From Patescibacteria group bacterium (GTDB lineage Bacteria; Patescibacteriota; Minisyncoccia; Phycocordibacterales; Phycocordibacteraceae): a stretch of DNA of 64,000 bases. How positions within the stretch are numbered: the stretch's first letter is position 1; every line of letters begins with the position of its first letter. Below are positions 57,603 to 64,000 of the stretch, in pieces. Under the pieces are notes generated by a model. It worked only from the letters and a program-made list of their open reading frames with translations. It did no database searches and was not told the DNA's origin. A program made the translations under genes and the position numbers. The stretch spans positions 612 to 64,611 of the forward strand of contig JBBTSV010000005.1 of the NCBI GenBank assembly GCA_038064595.1, read 5' to 3'.

Positions 57603-58204
57603 TGGACCATATTGAAGAACTCGCCCGTGCGCTCGCGAAGCTCCCCGGTATTGGTCCGCGCCAAGGGAAACGTTTTGTCTATTACCTTCTCGCGGTACCT
57701 GCAGCTGAACGCGCACATCTCGCCGAACTCATTTCAGTATTAGGAAAAAGCGTGCATCAGTGTCCCGCGTGTTACCGTTTCTATAATGGCACGACTGCCA
57801 CTGTGTGTACCTACTGCTTTGACCCGCGGCGTGATGACGCACAGCTCATGCTTGTAGAAAAGGATCAGGACCTCGCTGCACTTGAGCGCGCCGGAACCTA
57901 TAAGGGCCGCTACTTTGTCCTCGGCGGCGTGCTCACGCTTACGGGTAAGGGCACGATCCGCGAGAAAGAATTGTTGAAAGCCGTTGAGGAGCGTCTCAAG
58001 AAGGGGCTCCGTGAGGTAGTGCTCGCGCTCTCGGCCACAAGCGAGGGAGAGCATACTGCTGATCACGTGCGGCAGCTCCTCGCACCCCACCGTAACCATC
58101 TCACGATCTCCGAGCTCGGGCGTGGTCTCGCGACCGGCAGTGAGCTTGAATATTCTGACGCTGAGACCCTCCGAGCCGCCCTCATAAACCGCAAGGAGAC
58201 TTGA
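57602..58204 (+). CDS. recR: Recombination protein RecR
   Basis: HhH, C4 zinc finger (CPACYRF...CTYC), Toprim. Confidence 0.9.
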   Translation: MDHIEELARALAKLPGIGPRQGKRFVYYLLAVPAAERAHLAELISVLGKSVHQCPACYRFYNGTTATVCTYCFDPRRDDAQLMLVEKDQDLAALERAGTYKGRYFVLGGVLTLTGKGTIREKELLKAVEERLKKGLREVVLALSATSEGEHTADHVRQLLAPHRNHLTISELGRGLATGSELEYSDAETLRAALINRKET

Positions 58205-58229
58205 TGCAGACCCTCTAGAATCTGATACT

Positions 58230-58628
58230 ATGGTGCATATGTTTAGAAAAGTTGTGCATTTCTTCGACCGGGCCGAGGACAGAATTCGAGGCGCCCTGAG
58301 CCATCATCCCATCTTTTACTCATTTGTAGGCGGGATCGGCATCATCCTTTTCTGGAAGGGGGTGTGGGAGACTGCCGCACTCTTCCCCGTTCTACACGGG
58401 ATCGGATCGCTGGTGCTCGGCATGCTTATCCTCCTTATGACTGGCCTTATGGTGTCCATCCTTATCGGCGACAGCATCATCCTCTCTGGTCTGAAGGGAG
58501 AGAAGAAATTGATCGAAAAAACAGAAACCGAGCTCGAGGAGGAAGGGGACGTTGATGAGCGTATTTTGGAAGAACTCCATACTATCGAAGAAACCCTCAC
58601 GCACCGAGAAGAACATCACAAAGGTTAA
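58230..58628 (+). CDS. Hypothetical membrane protein with acidic C-terminal tail
   Basis: Two TM helices then E-rich region. Confidence 0.5.
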   Translation: MVHMFRKVVHFFDRAEDRIRGALSHHPIFYSFVGGIGIILFWKGVWETAALFPVLHGIGSLVLGMLILLMTGLMVSILIGDSIILSGLKGEKKLIEKTETELEEEGDVDERILEELHTIEETLTHREEHHKG

Positions 58629-58676
58629 TCGGAATAAGGGTTTACGAAACCCTTATGGTACAGGCCGCAAAGGAGC

Positions 58677-59036
58677 TCAATTCTCTTGCTTGTGTAGTTC
58701 ACTGGCAGCTTCAGGAGTCGAGACGGTCTTCCCCATCAGCAAGAGTCTTATGATGCCGAGTGCAAGCATCCAGTAGACGAGCATCGCGAGCAGCGTCGTC
58801 CACTCGATGATGTTCCCTTCCATCTGCGTCCGTTGAAACACGTTCAGGAACGGTTGTGCAAGCGGATAACTGAGGTTGTAGATGAAGCTGCTGAAGCCGG
58901 CGGATGCGTTAGCGCCCAAGAGCTTCAGTACAAAGCGGAATGCAAGTAGTACCTCGAGTAGCCCCAGAATATACCAGACAATCTGTGTTCCTCGATACAG
59001 CGGCTTGGTGCTAGGAGAAGAATAGGAAGAGTCCAT
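58677..59036 (-). CDS. YggT-family membrane protein
   Basis: VWYILGLLEVLLAFRFVLKLL ... IIEWTTLLAMLVYW matches the YggT/Ycf19 pattern. Confidence 0.7.
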   Translation of the reverse strand: MDSSYSSPSTKPLYRGTQIVWYILGLLEVLLAFRFVLKLLGANASAGFSSFIYNLSYPLAQPFLNVFQRTQMEGNIIEWTTLLAMLVYWMLALGIIRLLLMGKTVSTPEAASELHKQEN

Positions 59037-59041
59037 AGAAT

Positions 59042-59173
59042 TTAATTAAGCATCCGTGCGATAAAGACAACAAGGGCGATCACGAGTAGGGCGTGGATGA
59101 GATTCCCTCCAACATTAAAACTGAAACCAAGAAGCCAGAGAACAAGGAGAACGATAAGGATTGACCACGCCAT
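59042..59173 (-). CDS. Small two-helix membrane protein (lmo0937/GlsB-like)
   Basis: MAWSILIVLLVLWLLGFSFNVGGNLIHALLVIALVVFIARML; internal start of ORF-track entry 59042..59251. Confidence 0.5.
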   Translation of the reverse strand: MAWSILIVLLVLWLLGFSFNVGGNLIHALLVIALVVFIARMLN

Positions 59174-59183
59174 AGAAGAAAAA

Positions 59184-60284
59184 TTAAGGGGTAACGGCGG
59201 ATGCCATCGTCGTGAAGGAGACGATCGCACCGCGTACGGTAGTGCTCCCATTATTGACGATTAGTTGATAGTAATACTTGGTGCGCTGCGTGAGCGTGGT
59301 GAGCTTTGCCGAGACCTTTTTCACTCCTGATCCGCTCAGTGTGGTGTGTGTGGTACTGCCCAGAATGCTCCCCCCGAGCGGGTCGGCCCCATACTGAAAC
59401 CAGTACGTCACCGTCCCTCCGTTGGGATTGAGGGAGCCGTTGAGGAGTACTCCCGTGTCAGTCACGGTGGTCGCGGCGGCGGTCGTAACGCTGAGAATGG
59501 CAGGTGGTGGTGTGGTGCCGATTGGACCGCTGGTCGTGAAGCGATTGGTGCCGCCCGTCATCGTGCCAAACTGATTTTGTGCGTTCACCCGGAAGTAGTG
59601 TGCCGTCATTGGCTTGAGGCCACTCAGCATGACCGAGACGGACTTCGCGCCAGATCCATTCCCTGCAGACTGTAGTACCGTCGTTTCTCCAAGCTCGGCC
59701 GTCTCTCCGTACTCAAACCAGTACGTCGTCTCATGGCTGTTGGGGTTTACTTGCCCACTTGCAACCGCCGTAGTGCGAGTCACCGCCGTTGCAGCATCGG
59801 TCCGTATCGTGGGGCCGAGTCCTGTGATGGGCGGGTTCTGGTTGGTCATAAAACTATAGGTCACGCCGCGAACGGTCCCGTATCCGTTTTGTGCACTCAG
59901 ACGATAGAAATAGGTCGTATTTGCCGCAAGTCCTGTTATGATTCCCGGTGTTGCAATACTGGCATACCCAGAACCGACGCTCTGTTCGGTGGTGAGTGCC
60001 CCAAGACTCTCGGTGCGACCATAGTCATACCAATACGAGGTGAATGCGCCATTTGGGATTACGGTCCCGGTAACCACAGCAGTCGCATTTGACGCGACAA
60101 CCAGCGTACCCGTGGTACCGAAGGGCGCGACTGGTGTGCGAACAACCGACGGCGTGACCACCGGTGGGGTTGTGGTAGCCGTGGGCGCGGGCTCCCCACT
60201 TGAAGACCCATACACTAGGTAGCCGATACCGCCAATGATTACAAACGCGCCAATGATGAGTCCCGCAAGAGTATAGTTGTTCAT
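59184..60284 (-). CDS. Membrane-anchored surface protein with three ~100-aa tandem beta-rich repeats
   Basis: Repeated V.PNG..T.YWF.YG.T..LG ... Y.YR..A.N..GT ... F.T blocks at residues ~75, ~175, ~275. Confidence 0.6.
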   Translation of the reverse strand: MNNYTLAGLIIGAFVIIGGIGYLVYGSSSGEPAPTATTTPPVVTPSVVRTPVAPFGTTGTLVVASNATAVVTGTVIPNGAFTSYWYDYGRTESLGALTTEQSVGSGYASIATPGIITGLAANTTYFYRLSAQNGYGTVRGVTYSFMTNQNPPITGLGPTIRTDAATAVTRTTAVASGQVNPNSHETTYWFEYGETAELGETTVLQSAGNGSGAKSVSVMLSGLKPMTAHYFRVNAQNQFGTMTGGTNRFTTSGPIGTTPPPAILSVTTAAATTVTDTGVLLNGSLNPNGGTVTYWFQYGADPLGGSILGSTTHTTLSGSGVKKVSAKLTTLTQRTKYYYQLIVNNGSTTVRGAIVSFTTMASAVTP

Positions 60285-60362
60285 GAAAGAATGAGATTGA
60301 TATAAGGAGTAGGAGCTCCTCTTGCGTGTATAGACGCCGACCCTCTCGTGTTATGACACGCG

Positions 60363-60887
60363 CTAGCGCGGTGAACGTTGGTACAAGACCTTGAGCTTTG
60401 CGATACCCCGATGCAACTGCACGGCAAGAGTATTCTTCGACTGACCAGTGAGAAGCGACATCTCATGGAGTGAGAGATCCTGAATGTAACGCATGTAAAT
60501 CACCTTGCGGTACGGCTCGGGGAGCTGTTTGAGGAGAATAATCGCTGCCTTTCCATCGAGCATGTTCACGAGATGTTCGGTGGGATCCTCCTTAGCGGGC
60601 TCATAACCATTCTCGAGGAGCACGTCAAGCGAGGGGAGCTTCTTCTTACGGTACTCGTCGATGATGATGTTGTTAAGTACATGGTAGAGAAAAGCCCTCA
60701 TCAGCTGGATCTTTCCCTCTTTTATGAGATATTTCCAAGTCTTGAGAAAGCTGTCCTGGACGGCGTCCTCTCCCGCCGCACGATCTTTAAGCTTATAGAA
60801 TGCGTAGGAAGAGAGCCCTTTTGCATAGTCATCGTGAGCAAGGGAGAGGAGCGACCGTCGCAGGAGCTCTTGTTTGGGAGTCATCAT
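60363..60887 (-). CDS. ECF-type sigma-70 family RNA polymerase sigma factor
   Basis: Region 2 (DAVQDSFLKTWKY) and region 4 HTH (LSLHEMSLLTGQSKNTLAVQLHRGIAKL). Confidence 0.8.
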   Translation of the reverse strand: MMTPKQELLRRSLLSLAHDDYAKGLSSYAFYKLKDRAAGEDAVQDSFLKTWKYLIKEGKIQLMRAFLYHVLNNIIIDEYRKKKLPSLDVLLENGYEPAKEDPTEHLVNMLDGKAAIILLKQLPEPYRKVIYMRYIQDLSLHEMSLLTGQSKNTLAVQLHRGIAKLKVLYQRSPR

Positions 60888-61015
60888 AGATGAAGCCGAA
60901 CGAACACCCCGGAAGATTACACGGGCATTACAGAATTCAGGCATCCCCGAGCGCAAAGCTCAAGGATAGGCGATACATTAAATGTACATCAAAACATGGT
61001 GAAAAGCAATCTGTA

Positions 61016-61606
61016 ATGACTTACGCTCTTTTACGGCGTCCCTACTGTATGACTACAAACACACGCACAGAAAATTATATTTTTGATGAGCGGTGGGAGG
61101 AGAGTTGGACCTATATTAAAACAGTCGTTGATGTGGTACACGAACCCGTACTGATTCTCGACAAGGAGCTGCGAGTCTTGGCCGCCAACGACCCCTTTTA
61201 TCGCACATTTCAGGTCGAGAGTAAGGACACAGAACAGAGAGTGATCTATGAACTCGGGAACGGGCAATGGAACATTCCGGCGCTCAAAAAGCTTCTCGAG
61301 GATATCTTACCCAAAAACACCTTCTTTAAGGGCTTCGAGGTCGATTATGACTTCCCGGTCATCGGACGAAAGATCATGATCCTCAACGCACGCGAAATTC
61401 ATTACAAAGGAGATTCGACTGCCACTCCGTTCCCTCCCATCATTCTTCTCGCTATCGAAGACGTCACGGACATGATGATTGTCGCCGAAAAACTCGCCGA
61501 ACACGCTGAGAACACAGAGGCGCGCCTCGCCATGGAGACAAAGAAGCTTGAGAGCAAGATCTCCAAGTTGGAGATAGAAATTGCTAAACTCTCCATCAAA
61601 CGGTAA
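61016..61606 (+). CDS. PAS-domain protein with C-terminal coiled coil
   Basis: PAS-like core (ILDKELRVLAANDPFYRTF...GRKIMILNAREI); divergent from the sigma-factor gene; start 61016 or 61049. Confidence 0.5.
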   Translation: MTYALLRRPYCMTTNTRTENYIFDERWEESWTYIKTVVDVVHEPVLILDKELRVLAANDPFYRTFQVESKDTEQRVIYELGNGQWNIPALKKLLEDILPKNTFFKGFEVDYDFPVIGRKIMILNAREIHYKGDSTATPFPPIILLAIEDVTDMMIVAEKLAEHAENTEARLAMETKKLESKISKLEIEIAKLSIKR

Positions 61607-61687
61607 TCATTACAGACTTCACGCGGCAGTATCCGTAGAGGTTGAACCCATACTCCAACCCCCTTATCCACCCCCTCACCTTATCTT

Positions 61688-62389
61688 ATGAACACCTCCC
61701 CCCTCGTTCGCAAAAACCTTGCCTTTGTCGGCAGTGTGCTCGCAGTATTTCTTATCTTTACCTTGAGCGTTGGCTCGTTCACCGCACACGCAGCTACGAT
61801 TAGTCGTCAGCTTGACCGCGGTGATACCGGAACCGATGTCTCCGTCCTCCAGTCCTACCTCTCCGGCAACGCAGCCTGGTACCCGGCCGCACTCGTGACC
61901 GGCTACTTTGGTCAACTCACCGAAGGCGGCGTGCAGAAGTTCCAGACTGCTCAAGGCATTGTCTCAAGTGGCTCACCCTCAACAACCGGCTATGGTCGCG
62001 TTGGACCCACGACCCTCAATACCTTGAACATGATGATGAACTCGGGCAACACAGGCAATCAGTCCACGCTCTACACTGCCCCGGTACTCGGCCCCCTGAT
62101 GATCCAAACAAGTCCGACCACCGTAACGTTCACGTGGAGCACGAATGAGCCGACGATTGGTCAAGTGTACTGGAACCTCGGCTCCGTCTACGCCGATGAG
62201 GCTACGGGCCCTCGTCAGACACCGTATGTGAGCGGTACCCTCGCGCTTGATGCGGGTGGTCTCCAGACCACGCACGTAATCACTGTCTCAAATCTTCAGA
62301 TGAACACGGTGTACGGCTACTTCGTACGTAGCATCGATGCCTCTGGCGACGTGAGTGTGATGCTAGAAAATACCTTCCGCACCAACTAA
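61688..62389 (+). CDS. Secreted protein with peptidoglycan-binding domain and Fn3-like domain
   Basis: Signal peptide; LDRGDTGTDVSVLQSYL...GYFGQLTEGGVQKFQ matches PG_binding_1. Confidence 0.6.
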   Translation: MNTSPLVRKNLAFVGSVLAVFLIFTLSVGSFTAHAATISRQLDRGDTGTDVSVLQSYLSGNAAWYPAALVTGYFGQLTEGGVQKFQTAQGIVSSGSPSTTGYGRVGPTTLNTLNMMMNSGNTGNQSTLYTAPVLGPLMIQTSPTTVTFTWSTNEPTIGQVYWNLGSVYADEATGPRQTPYVSGTLALDAGGLQTTHVITVSNLQMNTVYGYFVRSIDASGDVSVMLENTFRTN

Positions 62390-62413
62390 CGTCTGGTGCT
62401 CAAGCAAAGCAAA

Positions 62414-62446
62414 AAGAATCGCCCGCTCCGCGGGCGATTCTTTTTA
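62414..62446 (+). terminator. Rho-independent terminator
   Basis: aagaatcgcccgc-tcc-gcgggcgattcttttt. Confidence 0.65.
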
Positions 62447-62449
62447 TCA

Positions 62450-62470
62450 CTTGGAGGTGAAACCTCCAAG
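62450..62470. repeat. 21-bp self-complementary unit cttggaggtgaaacctccaag (same as the leuS insertion)
   Basis: Exact 21-mer match to 13697-13717. Confidence 0.65.
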
Positions 62471-62474
62471 TTGA

Positions 62475-63833
62475 TTAACGGTCCTGAACAAAGGTGAGAG
62501 CCTTGCCCTTCATCTCTGCGCGGCCGGTGCGGCCAATACGGTGGACGTAATCCTCATAGGTCGAAGGGAGGTCAAAGTTGATCACGTGTGAGACGGCAGG
62601 GATGTCGAGGCCGCGCGCCGCGACGTCGGTCGCCACAAGCGCGGTCACCCGGCCAGCTTTGAACGCTTCGAGAGCGCGGATGCGCGCACCAAACGTCTTG
62701 TTGCCGTGAATACTCTCGGCAAAAATATGCTGGCGGGAGAGCGCCTTGGCGAGTTTCTCGACACCAAACTTGGTGCGTCCAAAGACGAGAACGCGGCTGA
62801 AATCGCGATCTTTAAGGAGCTCGACGAGGACGTCGAACTTGTCCTTCCCGCGCGGGATCCGCACCACGTCTTGGTCAACGTTCCGTGACGTATCCTGCGT
62901 CTTGACCGAGATAATTACCGGCTGACTCAAGAAATCACCAATGAGTCGCTCGATCTCTTTGGACATTGTCGCAGAGAAGAAGAGGGTGTGGCGCTCCTTG
63001 CGCATCCTTGAGAGAATCATCTTCATGTCGTCGATAAAGCCCATATCGAGCATACGGTCAGCTTCGTCGAGGACGACGGTGCCAAAACCGGAGAGATCGA
63101 GCGCCTTGCGCTCCATGAGGTCCTTGAGACGGCCCGGGGTGCCGATCACAAATGCGGGATCGTGTTTCAATTGAGAAATTTGTGGGCCGATGTTGGCACC
63201 ACCGACCGCGACCATACCGCGAAAACCGAGGCCACGGGCGAAGCCCGCGAGCTCCTTCTCGATCTGGACTGCGAGTTCCCGAGTGGGTGCCATGATAAGT
63301 ACGCGCTCCCCTTTTTGCTTCATCACCTTGTCGATAAGGGGGATCAGAAATGCGGCCGTCTTACCGGTGCCCGTCTCCGCGAGGCCAACCACGTCTTGGC
63401 CAAGGAGCGCGTGCGGGATCGCCTTGTCCTGGATGGGAGTCGGCGAGATATACTTGCGCGCCTCAATGTTCTTCTTGAGGTTGAGGTTGATATCAAAGTC
63501 GGAGAACTTATGCTCGGCAACGAAGACGGGTTCAGAGGTGGTCACCACCGTCTTGTGCATAAACTTGGCGATCTCGGCCTCGGTCTCCCCGAACGTACCG
63601 AAGCCCCCACGGCGCGCTGGCGCGCGCCCGTAGGACGGTTTGCCGCCATACCCACCAGACGGATAGCGACTCCCGCCCGAACTTCCGCGCGAGGGGAAGC
63701 GGTTTCCACCACGACTGACTGACTCGTCCCGACGCGGCCCTGCGGGCCGCGGTGAATACGGACGGCTACTGCCGCTTCTGACGGGTCCTGACGAATTGCT
63801 CGATGACTGATGATTCCAACGCCCTACTTGCAT
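62475..63833 (-). CDS. DEAD-box ATP-dependent RNA helicase with RG/S-rich N-terminus
   Basis: Q motif, AETGTGKT, DEAD, SAT, HRIGRTGR; start at MQVGRW (ORF track extends to 63872). Confidence 0.9.
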   Translation of the reverse strand: MQVGRWNHQSSSNSSGPVRSGSSRPYSPRPAGPRRDESVSRGGNRFPSRGSSGGSRYPSGGYGGKPSYGRAPARRGGFGTFGETEAEIAKFMHKTVVTTSEPVFVAEHKFSDFDINLNLKKNIEARKYISPTPIQDKAIPHALLGQDVVGLAETGTGKTAAFLIPLIDKVMKQKGERVLIMAPTRELAVQIEKELAGFARGLGFRGMVAVGGANIGPQISQLKHDPAFVIGTPGRLKDLMERKALDLSGFGTVVLDEADRMLDMGFIDDMKMILSRMRKERHTLFFSATMSKEIERLIGDFLSQPVIISVKTQDTSRNVDQDVVRIPRGKDKFDVLVELLKDRDFSRVLVFGRTKFGVEKLAKALSRQHIFAESIHGNKTFGARIRALEAFKAGRVTALVATDVAARGLDIPAVSHVINFDLPSTYEDYVHRIGRTGRAEMKGKALTFVQDR

Positions 63834-63910
63834 AGTTGTTTGTAAATAGATAAGTAAAAATAGTGTAGACACCCTGTGTCTACGGTAGGCCTGCTCTCTA
63901 TAGAAAAAGA

Positions 63911-64000
63911 TTAAGAAATCGCGTCGATCAGTACCTTCACGACCGGCTGGCGGTGGCCATTACGCTTATAGTAGCGGCTCTTTGGCTTATACTTCACTAC
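63911..64000 (-). CDS. 3' end of a gene encoding a basic protein (partial, runs off window)
   Basis: Minus-strand frame reads ...VVKYKPKSRYYKRNGHRQPVVKVLIDAIS*; identity not determinable. Confidence 0.3.
   Translation of the reverse strand, partial: VVKYKPKSRYYKRNGHRQPVVKVLIDAIS

Noticed and set aside
13697-62470. CRISPR array
   Set aside because: Repeated palindromic units occur in only three copies (two adjacent and inverted), with no regular repeat-spacer architecture anywhere in the window.

Overview
This 64-kb window is gene-dense and moderately GC-rich (roughly 55-60% by eye). It looks like a reduced-genome bacterium, possibly Patescibacteria/CPR-like, but that is an inference. The inference rests on an archaeal-type AspRS, a minimal F1Fo ATP synthase delta and epsilon, many short intergenic spaces, and leaderless TATACTGG-type promoters. 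Most of the window is core housekeeping: a tRNA cluster (Pro, Ala, Ala), the complete F1Fo ATP synthase operon, ychF, leuS, an infA-rpmJ-rpsM-rpsK-rpsD-rpoA-rplQ / rplM-rpsI ribosomal block, grpE-dnaK-dnaJ, tyrS and tRNA-Tyr. Downstream are trpS, aspS, pepA, scpAB, a cell-wall block (dacA-like, mraY, ftsW, murG), gltX, cysS, dnaB, recR, rpmA, rplI and a DEAD-box helicase. Against this background several segments look foreign or unusual. (1) An accessory island of about 4.8 kb (about 31.6-36.4 kb) is wedged upstream of trpS. It carries a NYN/PIN-like RNase, a palindrome-rich control region, an unknown Cys-rich 210-aa protein, a beta-class DPPY methyltransferase with a MutH/Sau3AI-like endonuclease (a likely type II R-M pair), a very AT-rich unknown gene and a DUF3800-like gene. 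The island ends with a roughly 97-bp direct duplication of the trpS promoter and first 31 codons. (2) A stand-alone RNA polymerase alpha-subunit C-terminal-domain protein (8973-9377) has proteobacterial-style codon usage. It sits in a roughly 0.75-kb insert between a membrane-protein gene and ychF. (3) A 47-bp palindromic element is inserted in-frame inside leuS, with another copy of its 21-bp unit at 62.45 kb. (4) An HTH plus LAGLIDADG-like ORF lies between tyrS and tRNA-Tyr. There are also two promoter styles, repeated promoter-like modules, a candidate sRNA and several unannotated small ORFs, including a Cys-less rpmJ. All coordinates derived by hand may be off by 1-2 nt. No database search or computation could be run; protein calls rest on recognisable motifs in the translations.
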